A stretch of 64,000 nt of DNA from Octopus vulgaris (Eukaryota), in NCBI GenBank assembly GCA_951406725.2, contig OX597818.1:39246001-39310000 (forward strand), given 5' to 3'. Under the pieces are notes generated by a model that worked only from the letters and a program-made list of their open reading frames with translations, was not told where the DNA came from and did not search any database. Position 1 is the stretch's first letter. The number at the start of each line of letters is the position of its first letter. Below are positions 24,984 through 37,820 of the stretch, piece by piece. The position numbers and the translations under genes were made by a program.

Positions 24984-25924
24984 TATATTGATTATTCAGT
25001 GTATGTATTCTCCAGTTTCTCCTGAATCAAAAAGATGGAAACATCTATAGTGACAACTGGAATTTTAAAAGTGTAAGAAACAACAATAAGCACTAGTACA
25101 TATGCACATGTGGAATTTCCAGTATTATTAATTGCTATAGAACTAAACTGCTGTATGGTTGGATAAATATCCCTGGGAAAGAACAACCGCTTTCCACACA
25201 GAACTTACATGTATGTGTGCGTGTATATGAGTGTATATTTATATACGTGTGTGTGTCTACATACATATATGTGTGTATAGTTTTATATATATATAGTCAA
25301 ATATGAGTTAGAAGCAGCTCAAATAGTGATGGGAGTTATCTCGCTTGTCTATGATTTCCAGGTGTTTTAACACCAGGTGCATTGATGAGTATATATTTTC
25401 TTATGCCTATAAGCACAGCCTACCCACAAACTAGCAAAACACATACCTTGTGTATGTGTATTCGATATTGTTTATGTATATACACCACACAACATATATA
25501 TATACAGCACCAAAGTAACTGAGGGTACTAGTCAGCACCAGTATTGCTAGAAATAGGAGTGACATATATATTTCTGCCATTTGGTTGTAAAATCGTGAAC
25601 AAGCTACCCTTCCCATTATCAGCCCTCACCAGTTTCCCCGAGACCAAACATGCTTTCATAGGAGATTGGAAATGGAGGACACTGTATGCATGATAGAGAC
25701 ACTTATTTACAATTATCATGAGATGTCAAAGCAAGTAGTCAGTAACACATCCATGTACACACACATACATACACATATATACATATTAGATAGGCTTCTT
25801 TCATTTCCATCTCTCAAATTCACTCCAAGGCTTTGATCAACTTGGGGCTATAGTAGAAGACTTGCCCAAAGTTCCATGCAGTGGGACTGAACCCTAAACA
25901 GCATGTTTGGGAAGCAAACTACGT

Positions 25925-26160
25925 TTGCGGTGAGCTGGCAGAAACGTTAGCACACCAGGTGAAATGCTTAGCAGTATTTCGTCTGCCGTTACATTCTCAG
26001 TTCAAATTCTGCTGAGGTCGACTTTGCCTTTCATCCTTTCGGGGTTGATAAATTAAGTACCAGTTATGCATTGGGGTCGATATAATCGACTTAATACCTT
26101 TGTCTGTCTTTGTTTGTCCCCTCTATGTTTAGCCCCTTGTGGGCAATAAATTAATAAGAA
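25925..26160 (+). mobile_element. SINE group B, inserted into the head of a minus-strand group A-headed SINE (25530-25920)
   Basis: Similarity to other copies; host head resumes at ~26160 (actatgtaccacacag). Confidence 0.85.
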
Positions 26161-26584
26161 ACTATGTACCACACAGACTGCAGAAGGGAGAAAATGTCAA
26201 TCCCTTCTGTTGTTCATTTCTGTTCTGTAACAAAATCATGAAAGGCCTGAGCTGTAATTTTACAATAATTATGAATTGCATGAAGGTGGCAAGTGGGCAG
26301 AAATGTTAGCTCACTGGACGAAATGCTTAGTGGTACTTTGTTTGTCTTTACATTCTTTTGCCTTTCATCCTTTTGGGGCCAATAAATTAAGTATCAGTTG
26401 CATACTGGAGTCGATCTACTTGACTGAACCCCACCCCAAAAATTTGAGGCCTTGTAGTCGAAAAGAATATTTTCAATTGCATGTCAGGAGTAAATTTAAA
26501 CTTATAAATTGTGTAAAGCTAAAAATATTTTTGTATTCCTTTTGGTTGCTTTTATTTACAAATTTCATGAAATATATATTCCAG

Positions 26585-26770
26585 TTCACTGTACAAGCAA
26601 GTGATAATGGTTTTCCACCAAGGAGTGATACAGCTCCTGTTGAAATCAGAATTATTCGGGATCTTCAGTCTCCAGTTTTCTCAAAGACAACTCATAATTT
26701 GAATCTGCAAGAAAATACACCTGTAGGCAGCTTCTTGTTACAACTTACAGCAAATGATCTAGATCGCCAG
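26585..26770 (+). CDS. Cadherin-repeat exon A7
   Basis: ttccag|TTC...CAG|gtatgt; FTVQASDNGFPPRSDTAPVEIRIIRDLQSPVFSKTTHNLNLQENTPVGSFLLQLTANDLDRQ. Confidence 0.94.
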
Positions 26771-27277
26771 GTATGTACCTCATTATTCATTTTGCATTAT
26801 TGAATGAAACTTATGGCTGCTGTTATGGTTTTATTTGGACACCAAATAAGCATAACATAATGTAATATAATATAATACATGATATAAAAACACAATAGTA
26901 AATAAATATAAAATAGATAATGTGTTGTAAAGTTTCTTTGAAATAAAAGGGAGAATAGGAATAAAAGTGTGGAATAAGGGTTAAAGTTGAAGGCAAAATT
27001 TTAAAGTAATATCAAATTATAAGATTAAATTAGAAAACTTTAAAAAAATTATTAAAAGTTAAATATAATTAAAATTTCAAAATTAAATATTAAAGATTTA
27101 AAAAAATTAGAATCTCCCCAAATTTCTTCAAAACTTACTAAATTTTTCAAAAACATGTTAAAAGTTAAGAATCAAAATCAAAAGATTAATTATTGAGAGT
27201 TTGAAATTGAAACATAAGCTTTAAGGTGTGAGTTAAAAAGAAAATATACATTAAACCCATATAAATAAACATACATG

Positions 27278-27318
<41 letters not shown>

Positions 27319-27489
27319 TTGCAAGATTTCTGATATGAAATCGTGTTTTGAAACAGATATTGTATTTTGGGATGGTAATTTTTGTTTTGATAAATAAAAA
27401 CATGCACTGTATGTTTTTTCTTCACTTGTTTATTACTGTTCTTATTGTCCGGAAATCTTTCATCACACATCTGTGACTGCTTCAGCGAC

Positions 27490-28620
27490 ACTTTTTGTTT
27501 TCATGTGCAATCTTGCTCCAACATAAGCTGGGCGATTCATATAAACAGCAAGGTTGACATGGCCGGCAGAATGTGTTCCTGGATTCCCTGAACTTTCCAG
27601 TCGAGAGATATCCACACCATTAATCTTCTCTTCTCTACTTTGCCCGACCCCACCTTCAATACTATTGTCCACTGTGGTCTCCCCACATGAAAAAAAGTAT
27701 CATGAAAATTGAAGCACCTCAAAGGTCAATTACAAAAAGGATAGCTGGCATGACTGGCCTTGACTATTGGGGTCGACTAGAAAAACTCAAGCTTTACTCT
27801 CTCCAATGCCGCCATGAGTGCTACATCATCTGCATGATGTGGAAAATATTCCATCAGCATTGCCCAAATGATGTTGGCATCACCTTTAAGATACGCCCAA
27901 GACTTGGAACCTGTGCTATCCACCCACAACATAAATCATACTTGTATCACATACGGCACAATTATTTCACCTCAATTAGTGCCACTCTCTTTAACATTAC
28001 ACCAAAACACATTAAAGCAGAAACAGATCCCATAAAGTTCAAGAAGTCTTTGGACAATTCCCTTAAAAAAATTGCTGGAGCTGCCTGACAGGTGATGGTC
28101 GTTTAGAAAAAGCGCGGGCTAAAACTATGCGCCTTCACTAGTCAGTTAAGGTGAGACAGTGTCATGTGACAACTTGCTGGGCTGCCTACTGGAGCCTATG
28201 CGGCAGGTATTTAAAGGGAAAAATTTGACAAGACAGTCAGTCACTGGCTGACACTCGCTGATGATACATCGAAGAGGCCAGGGAACAGAAGAAAGAAGAC
28301 ATGCACCCAACACCAGAGCTGAAGACACCTCTGAAAGGGGGAGCTCCGCCACGTCAAAACGGTAGAGGAGTAGGGGCCGAAACCGGACGTGGTTCCTTCT
28401 GATGATGTCTTGAGCTAACTGGATCCTATAAAGGAGCTGTTGTGGTAGCAGACCACGAAACATGGTTGTAATTCCTGGATAAACCTCCTACATCCAGTTA
28501 TGTCTCCATAAACAATAACTCTTGTGGAACATGTTGTCTGATTCCTGATTTGAATGACTTTGCCAGGTGGTGCTTTTAAGTTAGACATGGCCTGGGCTAA
28601 TACTGGCCAAAACCTATCAA
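27490..28620 (+). mobile_element. CR1/L2-like LINE 3' fragment interrupted by a ~400-bp insert
   Basis: RPHLQYYCPLWSPH..KIEAPQRSITKRIAGMTGLDYWGRLEKLKLYSLQ..KFKKSLDNSLKK, then IPDKP-like sequence resumes near 28471. Confidence 0.82.
28074..28469 (+). mobile_element. GC-rich unclassified insert with CUGANGA/CGAAAC motifs (possible Penelope pseudo-LTR)
   Basis: Flanked by AATT on both sides; splits the LINE reading frame. Confidence 0.55.
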
Positions 28621-28867
28621 AGTTATATCAACATATAAGTGTGTGAGCTTTATTTCTAATCAGAAGTTTACAGAGTGACTCAAGGGATAACAGTTTAGTG
28701 CATGACAATTTTTAAGATTGTTATAAGTCAGTTTTCCATAAGGAAAGGGTTCTATCAGTAAAGGGTTCCATCAGTAAAGGGTTCTATCCAAAACAGCTGA
28801 TTCCTTATGTATCTCAGGACAAAACAAGTTATTTTTACATGCAAATTTTTAATATTGAAAATAGATC

Positions 28868-29090
28868 TTATTTCTTTAATGCCCACAAGGGGCTAAACAT
28901 AGAGGGGACAAACAAGAACATACAAAGGGATTAAGTTGATTACATCGACCCCAGTGTGTAATTTATTGACCCCCAAAAGGATGAAAGGCAAAGTCGACCT
29001 CGGCGCAATTTGAACTGAGAACATAGCGGCAGACGAAATACTGCTAAGCATTTCGCCCAGCATGCTAACGATTCTGCCAGCTCACTGCCT
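28868..29090 (-). mobile_element. SINE group B
   Basis: Reverse complement of the 19643 type; degenerate TSD attgaRaatWgatct. Confidence 0.88.
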
Positions 29091-29826
29091 TAATTGAGAA
29101 TTGATCTAACATAAAAAGAAAGATAAGGTTCATAGCTAACCTAGCAGCATGGGGTAATCTTAATGCTCAGTAACCCAGCTGGTGGAGCAAGCATTTGAAT
29201 GACAATATATTTAAACTTAAGTAACTGAAAGAATCTTCATTGTGCTTCTTTTTATATATATTTTTGCTCATTTTTATGTTCAGTTTTCAACGTTAGCATA
29301 GGTTTGACAAATGTATTATTGAGGCAGTGTTTTAATCAGCCTTGTGAGTTGCTAATGCTTACCTGCATTATCAAATAAAGGATTTTGTATCTCATGCATT
29401 TTTGAAAACATAAAGCTAGCAAAAATAATGCCTTACGGCAGACGAAAATGTCGATGTTGTCGTGGCGGTGCTCAGAAGCCGAAAGGCTATAGTTGACTGG
29501 CGGTCACGTGAGAAGAGAAGAGAGAGAAAAAAGGGGCAAAGGAATCAAAGAGTGAGAGAAAAAGAGGGACAAAGGCACCAAGGAGGGAGAGAAGAGAGAG
29601 AAAGAAGGAATTAAGGAGGGGAGAAGAAAGAGAGCATGCCAAGGATTGGCGGGACAAAAGAAAGGCAGGGTCAGTGAGGTGCAAAGTGAGAAAAGCAGAG
29701 AAATGTGAGAGAGTGGGGGAAGAGGAGACCAAAGAATCAAAGAGGCGAGAAAAGAGAAAGACAGAGACCAGTGAAGTATAGAGAAAGTGTGCGTAGAAGT
29801 CATACAAAGTTTAGTGGAATGCTTAC

Positions 29827-30325
29827 ATACATATAAGAGAACAAGGTGTACGTTATGCCGCAATAATTTATGTATAAAAAATATATATAAAAATACAAAA
29901 TGGGACAAGAACTCAAAACATTCAAATAGACGAAACAAAAAAACGGACGGGTGGTTCGAAGCCTCTAATCTTCAGTCAAGAACCGGATCATCCTCGCAAT
30001 TTCGGCTGATTAATCTTGAGATCACTCCAATCCGGCCAGTCCCCAAGGAAAAACTAAGCTATGAGCATTAGATTTCTTGGAAAAAGGATCGAATGTATAC
30101 GAAACAAGGACAGAAAAACGGACGATGCCACACGAATATAAATACAAAAAACAAAAGGTAATACGAATATAAATACAAAAAACAATAATGATAATAATAA
30201 TAATAACAGGACAAAAACAACAGGCGTCTTTCAACTTTAGAATGTTTTGCGTTCTTGTCCAATTTTGTATTTTTGTATATATTTTTTATACATAAGTTAT
30301 TGCGGCGTAACATACACCTTGTTCT

Positions 30326-30336
<11 letters not shown>
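29827..30336. repeat. ~97-bp inverted repeat (29827-29923 / 30240-30336) in an unclassified CpG-containing repeat
   Basis: taagagaacaaggtgtacgttatgccgcaataa... versus ...ttattgcggcgtaacatacaccttgttctctta. Confidence 0.85.
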
Positions 30337-30363
<27 letters not shown>

Positions 30364-30405
30364 GTAATGATAAACTAATATGTCCCTTTGCATTTTTTTC
30401 TTCAG

Positions 30406-30528
30406 GGTTCTATTGTATATGAAGCAGCTGGCAATGAGTATGGTCTGCTTTTGTGTGAAGTGAACAAAACTACTGGACGTATTACATTGAAATCTTCATT
30501 AAAGAATGTTCTTGTTAACAATTTCCAA
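30406..30528 (+). CDS. Cadherin-repeat exon B7
   Basis: cttcag|GGT...CAA|gtaagt; GSIVYEAAGNEYGLLLCEVNKTTGRITLKSSLKNVLVNNFQ. Confidence 0.92.
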
Positions 30529-30760
30529 GTAAGTACCATCTTATTTTTATTTGAGTATATTTGTCTGTGAACTAGTATTCTGAAAGAAATGTCTTTGCTG
30601 GTATTTGTTTTATTGGTGATGTGTATGTGTGTATGTGCATGTGTGTGTGTGTGTGCACATGCCAAGGGTCCTTCACTCTTGATGGAAGAAGTACAGTGCC
30701 ATTGTGACTTATAGCATGTCTTAGGAATTCCTTTCCAGATTTGAGCACAGTAGATTCTTT

Positions 30761-30800
<40 letters not shown>

Positions 30801-31615
30801 CTAGAGAAAAAGAAGAATAAACCCTAGTATTTGACTGGTACTTTTTTTTATTGACCTCAAAATGAGGAAAGGCAGTTGGCTCTCACGGAATTAGAGCTCA
30901 GTATTAAAAACAATTTATTTGAGGCTCTGATGATTCTACTAACCGACAGCCTTGTGTGTGTATGTATGTGTTTGTATATATCTGTGTATGTGTGTGTTTG
31001 TCATCTTACAACATGACAACCAGTGTCCGTTTATGTCCTCATAACTTGGCAGGCCAACCTAAAGAGACCAATGGAATTAGTACCATGTTTAAAACCAGTA
31101 CTGTGTGTTAATTTGATCAACCAAACCATTCAAGGTAGTGCCCCAGTATGACTGTAGACCAATGATTAAAACAAGTACAAAAAAAAAAAAAAAGAATGCA
31201 AAGTCATTTTAAACATTGTATGTTGTCCTTAATTTTGGTATTATATCCTATTGTTATTTTTCTGCTTGGAAAACCATTACTTTAATGCTAGAACTCAGTC
31301 AAATTTGAGGATGTATTTGATATAATCTTGTTGCTTCAGTGAATGAGACACCAGCACCCAGACACTGTGCACCAAGACACAGCTTCACAGTGTTTGGGTG
31401 CTGGTATCTTTGTCAAACAACCTGTACGATTACAATGGGCGAGATTTGTGCAAAGCCAGTTCCATTCTCTCATCCTCAAGCTTGTATTGAGCTGGTGCAA
31501 CAAATGCCAAAGCCTAGTGTTTAAAAGATGATGAAATTTTATGGAGTAACTTCCTCTTAGTTGAGCAGTTAAAGATCAAGGAACCTCATCTGATCTGTGT
31601 CTGTTGGAGTGTATA

Positions 31616-32035
31616 CTCTTTTATTCTTTTACTTGTTTCAGTCATTTGACGGTGGCCATGCTGTTGCACTGCCTTTAGTCAAAGAAATTCACCCCAGGAC
31701 TTATTCTTTGTAAGCCTAGTACTTATTCTATCGGTCTCTTTTGCCGAACTGCTAAGTTACAGACCCGTAAACACACCGGCATCAGTTGTCAAGCGATGTT
31801 TGGTAGTGGGGGGGGGGGCAAACACAGACACCCAAACACTCACAAAAATATATAGATATATATATATACATATATACGACAGGCTTCTTTCAGTTTCCGT
31901 CTACCAAATCCACTCACAAGGCTTTGGTTGGCCCGAGGCTATAGTAGAAGACACTTGCCCAAAGTGCCATGCAGTGGGACTGAACCCAGAACTATGTGGT
32001 TGGTAAGCAAGCTACTTACCACACAGCCACTCCTG
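31616..32035 (-). mobile_element. SINE group A, full length
   Basis: Reverse complement of 10301-10690. Confidence 0.92.
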
Positions 32036-32306
32036 TTAGTAATCGTTTTCCAGTGGCAATTCTGAGACATGCTAATTAACCCCTAGCTGTGAGCTTGACA
32101 GGTGCTACAATTCTGGGTCAGATTAAACCTGGAACAAAAGTGGCTGCGAGGTGGTTACCCTCTTCAAAACCCTAAATCTCTTGAACCAAGATTTCATCCT
32201 TATTACATTAAAAAAAATTCACTGATTTTATTCAACTATGCCAATTCTGAAAAGCAAATTTAAATGCACACTAAACTTTCTTTCATTTTCATTTTCTCAA
32301 TTTCAG

Positions 32307-32489
32307 TTAATTGTCAAAGCCTACGACACTTACTTTCCTGACAATACAGCCTTAGCCAGAGTATTTATTACCGTTTTACGTAATGTAAATCCTCCAGTCT
32401 TTTCACAAAGTACGTTCAGTGTTACAATAAATGAATACCATTCTTTTATGAGCCCAGTTATAACCACTACTGCTACAGATGCTGACCAG
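32307..32489 (+). CDS. Cadherin-repeat exon A8
   Basis: tttcag|TTA...CAG|gtatta; LIVKAYDTYFPDNTALARVFITVLRNVNPPVFSQSTFSVTINEYHSFMSPVITTTATDADQ. Confidence 0.93.
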
Positions 32490-32704
32490 GTATTATTAAC
32501 CATTTTGTTACTACATTTCTGTTGAAATACACAGTTTTTATTTCAATTAATTTTTGAAAATATTGAAGAATTTAATAAAATAACTCAGGTCCTATTAAAG
32601 TTGATCTCAGCTAAATATTTCTCTTACTTTACACAGAAATATTATTAATGTTAACATTCAGCTGTGAGAATTTCTATTTTTTAATTTGCAATTCTATGGG
32701 GAAA

Positions 32705-33378
32705 TAGAAGTGTGTAGGTTAATGACCAGGGTATTTGGATGACAATCATAAGGCTACGAGTTCAATTACCAGCAGTTCATTGTGTGTTTGAGTGAGACGC
32801 TTTATTTGATGTTTCTCCAGTTATCTCAGCTGGCAAAAATTAGTTGTACCTGTATTTCAAAGGACCAGCGTTGTCACATTCTGTGTCACACTACTGAGTC
32901 TCTCTGAGAATTATGTGATGGGTACATGTGCCTGTGAAGGCGCATGGCTCAGTGGTTAGAGCATCAGCTTACGATCGTGAGGTTGTGAACTCGAATCCCG
33001 GACCGGGCTGCGTGTTGTGTTCTTGAGCAAGGCACTTTATTTCACGTTGCTCCAGTTCACTCAGCTGTAGAAATGAGTTGCGACATCACTGGTGCCAAGC
33101 TGTATCGACCTTTGTCTTTCCCTTGGATAACATCAGTGGTGTGGAGAGGGGAGGCTGGTATGCATGGGCGACTGCTGGTCTTCCATAAAAACAACCTTGC
33201 CTGGACTTGTGTCTTGGAGGGGAACTTTCTAGGTGCAATCCCATGGTCATTCATGACCGAAGGGGGTCTTTACATGTGCCTGTGGAGTGCTTAGCCCTTT
33301 GCACATAAATTTCATGAGCAGGCTGTTCTGTTGATTGGATTGACTGGAACACTCATTGTCATAAGTAATGGAGAGCCA
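32705..33378 (+). mobile_element. Old tRNA-SINE (group D tail) hosting a younger tRNA-SINE (32937-33270)
   Basis: 14-bp TSD tacatgtgcctgtg at 32923-32936 and 33271-33284. Confidence 0.88.
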
Positions 33379-34743
33379 GGCCATCAAGGGGAGATTGTGC
33401 TACCTGTCATATAGCAGGTTAAATGGTTACTTCAGTTTTGGGAACAGGTTAGTGATTTTAAAAAGAAGGTAGCTGTGAGTCCAAAGGAATGAATAAGAAT
33501 TTATTTTCCATGATGCTCCTACTTCTGTGCACCTGCCACTCATGAAGTCTTTTCTCTCTGTCAAACTTCCAATGATTCTATTAAACTGCATGGGTACCCA
33601 TAGTTTACATTGCATGCATAGTATGGAATTCCTACCAATTTCTGTTTTGTACATTAAATTAAATAAGGGTAGACACTGATATTAATCAATTAAAACCAGT
33701 GGGTTAGCATATTTAAAAAAATCCGAAGATTAAAAATTGTTTTCACATACAAAATTTAGAGGACTGACCACTAAAAGAGGACAGCCTATATGCGAAACAT
33801 AGACATCGAATCGCCATTACCACGAAGAATGTGTTCTCAAGAAAAATCTCAGCAAAAAGCATTAAGCATATCCACTTTCCAAGATGGCAGTAGAGAGCTG
33901 GCTTCTTCCTTGCTGACAAGATCTTTAGTCTTTGCTAGTTTTACTTTGAGGCCTCACTATATAAAGTTTTGCTCCTATACTTGGAATTTCTTCACGGAAT
34001 CTTCCATAAATACAGCTATGAGATTTAGGCTAGTTGGAGTTCACTTTGACAACTGTTCTAAATTCCTGTATTCTAGCTTGGAGAATTATTACAAAAAATA
34101 TGAGGAGATTGAAAAATGAATCCTGATAGACACCCACATTCACATTAAATTCTTCACTGAACATTTTGCAGACTGACCCTCACTTTGCATTTCTGTTCAT
34201 GGCTTGTATGGATCTGATAAAATCATTTATCTACAATGTAGATATCTCTGGTGAGATATCGCAATGTAGCGCTCAACAGATAACGCTAACAAATTAAGAC
34301 ACAGATGATGATGTTAACTATGGTAGCAGTGATAATGGTGGTGATGGATAATAAGGTGATTGTGGTGATGGTGAATAATTTTAGTGAAAATACTTGTCAA
34401 TGAGGTAAGGAGTATGGGTCTACGATTCAAAAAAATATAGAAAATGTTATCTTTACTATTAGTACTGTTACTCCTATATATTAGTCAAACTTTTGAGGTA
34501 ATATTTTAAAAAATGCTGTAGAGTTTGAGGAGTACAGAAAAAATATGAAATTCCATAATGAAAAATAATTATTAAAAAAATGTCCATCTTCTAATTGTCA
34601 ATTTTGTTTTAAAATATTGGGTTCAAACCTTTCCTTTTAACAACTGAGCTACAAGTGCAAGCTTATCAGCTTAGTCAAGTTCAGAGAAATCCAAATTCAG
34701 CTGACATCTTGAATGCTTCTGCATAATAGTGAGGGCGTCATAT

Positions 34744-34784
<41 letters not shown>

Positions 34785-34835
34785 CAAAATCCCAATACTT
34801 ACATGGTTCTAATAAATATGATGGTATAATTGCAG

Positions 34836-34958
34836 GATGTTATTTCATACAAGCTGTTTGGCAGTAACGATGACTTGGATTATTTTTACGTAACCTTCAG
34901 CAGTGGACAGATTTACCTGAAGAAACAACTCAATAACCAACCAAGAACTAGATTCTCT
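34836..34958 (+). CDS. Cadherin-repeat exon B8
   Basis: ttgcag|GAT...TCT|gtaagt; DVISYKLFGSNDDLDYFYVTFSSGQIYLKKQLNNQPRTRFS. Confidence 0.9.
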
Positions 34959-35405
34959 GTAAGTAACATACTATAATCTAATTATAAATCTACTTGGTTT
35001 TCTAGATAATATGTTGATCACCTGTGTATTTGTGTCCTGATGTTGGCATACATCTATAACTTGCCATTCTGTGTAGGTACCATTCATATTTCTCTTCCCA
35101 TGTAAATCTAAAGTTAAGCTTATCAATAGGTTTGTATTTAGGTGACGTATATCAATATATATTTATATCAATAGCTTGGTTCAGATAGTTAGTATTATTT
35201 GTGTAAGTGTTGTTCCTGAGTAAGCACTGTATGTTTTAAGTACGCATCTCTATATGCTCACATTTATGTAAATTTGTTTAACTATACACACACAAAGTTC
35301 CACAATAATCTTGATATTACATTCATTTCGTTTCATCTAGTGCCATAACTTTTATTTGTTAGATAATGTAAACTTCAAAAACACATAAAAACTTTCTCTT
35401 TTCAG

Positions 35406-35588
35406 TTAACTGTTCAAGCTACTGACTCGGGCAATCCACCCAAAAAATCCAATGCCAGTGTGGTAGTCACAGTTGTGCGAAATACACTGCCTGTAATAAA
35501 CAACCCTAACCAGGTCTTCAATATTTCTTCAACAAATGCAGTCGATTTTGCATTTGGAAAAATTCAAGCTCAAGATACTGATGTCATT
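35406..35588 (+). CDS. Cadherin-repeat exon A9
   Basis: tttcag|TTA...ATT|gtaagt; LTVQATDSGNPPKKSNASVVVTVVRNTLPVINNPNQVFNISSTNAVDFAFGKIQAQDTDVI. Confidence 0.93.
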
Positions 35589-36276
35589 GTAAGTTTTAAA
35601 ATTTATTTTAAAAACATTTATTTATTTATTTTTATCTGTCCACAGGAAATCGTTTGAGAAAAAGAGTCATTAATCTCTTGATAGTTTTCATTAATTTACT
35701 ATTAAATTCTTAAATAGTTTCAGTATTAATTTAACAAAATTGTCGATAAACCTATCTTTAAAATTTATTATATCTTCATTACTTAAGAACCATAGATAAG
35801 AAACAAGAGGATTCTTGAGCTTGTGCAATGTGAGCTCATATGTCACTGCCGTTTTTTATCTGTTCCATCTGTTCTGTGTTCAATAAAGGAAGCATTATTT
35901 CTTTAAAGCATTTTGGAACTTATTTTTTTTTATAATTTGGTTGAGTTTGTTCTTCTAACTAGAAGTACAAAAGCTAGTTTACAGTAGAAAGTTTGTCCTA
36001 TCTTTTTTTTTCTTCCTTCTTCACTCTTTTTCCAACCATACAACTCTACCTGTCTGATACTGTCTGTCTGTCTGTCTTTTGCTCCCTCGTTGTCTCTCTG
36101 TCACTCTTTTTCCTCTGTCTCTCTCTTTCCTCTGTCCCTCTCAATCTATCTCTCTGTCTCTATGTCTCTATTCCCTTCCAACCTCTCTCTTACTCTTTCT
36201 CTCTGTCTGTGTCTGTCTTCTGTTTCTGTCTGTCTGTCTCTCATCTCTTACTTAATTTTCAACTTCACTGTTTTAG

Positions 36277-36399
36277 GGAAGATTAGTGTATGAAGTGATT
36301 GGTGATGTATCAGCCCCAACATTCTTCAAAGTTGATGAAAATTCAGGGGACGTAAGCCCCAAAATATCCTTACTAAATCAACGTGCTAAAAAATATACG
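36277..36399 (+). CDS. Cadherin-repeat exon B9
   Basis: ttttag|GGA...ACG|gtatgt; GRLVYEVIGDVSAPTFFKVDENSGDVSPKISLLNQRAKKYT. Confidence 0.9.
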
Positions 36400-37076
36400 G
36401 TATGTGAAACTCTTTTCTTTAAAATCTTTTTTCTTGTTATTTAGAGGGAGATGTTTCTCAATTATTTCTGAGAAATGACAGAGAAAAGTATTTAGTGTTA
36501 ATTTTACTCGGTGAGACAAGGTCAGGACAACAACCAGAAGGGAAGTTAGTGAATATCAAACAGAGGCACATGCTGAGATGGTACATATTCTGCTTATATA
36601 GAAAAGTAGAAGCCAGTATAGAATCAACAGAAGAGATAGATGCAAACACAGCATCTTGGTGAGCTAACAGATGTTTGCAGCATGTTAATGAATGTGTCAT
36701 AGATAATCAACTGGAAAAATTTGTTTTGGAGATGGTCTAAGATATCTGCATGAATATCAGATACACCTTCCACGTGTATGAGCAATACTTCAGTTCTTCT
36801 CTTCCCTAGCACTAAGTACTGTTTCAAACTTTTTACCTGTATTTATGTACCTTATATGCATACATGTTAATTTACCTTTCAACATTTGAAAGGTTCTACA
36901 ACATGTAACTGTTCAATAACATGAATCAGTATATACTTATACATATTAATCTAAGTAAACAATATTATATATCCATTACAGCCAGTCTTACTAATCAGTT
37001 TTGCACTAGAGGTTCAACAGGATGTTTGATATCACCCAGATTATGTAACCCTGCACTCATCAGAGTTGGCAACAAC

Positions 37077-37124
<48 letters not shown>

Positions 37125-37612
37125 CACACACACACATGTGTGTGTCTGCGTGTATGTATGTATATGTATATATTTATGTGTGTGTGTCTTTGTGTCTGTG
37201 TTTGTCCCCATCCCATCGCTTGACATACACACAGACACCCACAACATATATACTCATACATACACACCTAAATTTATATGTATAATATATACACAAATAC
37301 AGAGATGGATTTCAATGTTCCTGCATGTACTTTACAAGTACAACTGAATAAATAAATAAATAAATGTAATTCTCATAATTTATGAAGTAAACATAACTAC
37401 ATGTAAACAATCATGTAAGTACTTCATTATAAAATTTACATACTTATATACAAAAATATTCCTACAGACATCTACATACATTTATACATAGCGAAGTATA
37501 TACAACGAGATATGTACATAAAAATATATACACAAAGGTAGTTTGTGTATATATATAGGCATTCATTTAGATAATAATAATAATAAATATCAATATAAAT
37601 ACATATTTATAT

Positions 37613-37776
37613 AGGTGCAGACATGGCTGTGTGGTAAGAAGCTTGCTTTTCATCCATATGGTTCTGGGTTCAGTCCCACTGCATGGCACTTTGGTATGTG
37701 TCTTTTACAACTGCCTTGGATTGACCAAAGCTTTGTAAATGAAATTGGGAGATAGAAACTGAAAGAAACCTTTCTT

Positions 37777-37820
<44 letters not shown>

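Larger units (their letters stand above)
23868..25020. mobile_element. Foldback/palindromic element (~240-bp arms) interrupted by a SINE and a Helitron
   Basis: 23868-24105 pairs with 24112-24246 + 24598-24685 + 24984-25020; centre ttctgttctgaacagaa. Confidence 0.85.

Noticed and set aside
28741-28790. 16-bp tandem repeat aagggttctatcagta x3
   Set aside because: Ordinary local slippage duplication; no further structure
33660-34260. 109-aa ORF 33790-34119 in non-microsatellite sequence
   Set aside because: No recognisable motif or splice context; probably an unclassified repeat fragment
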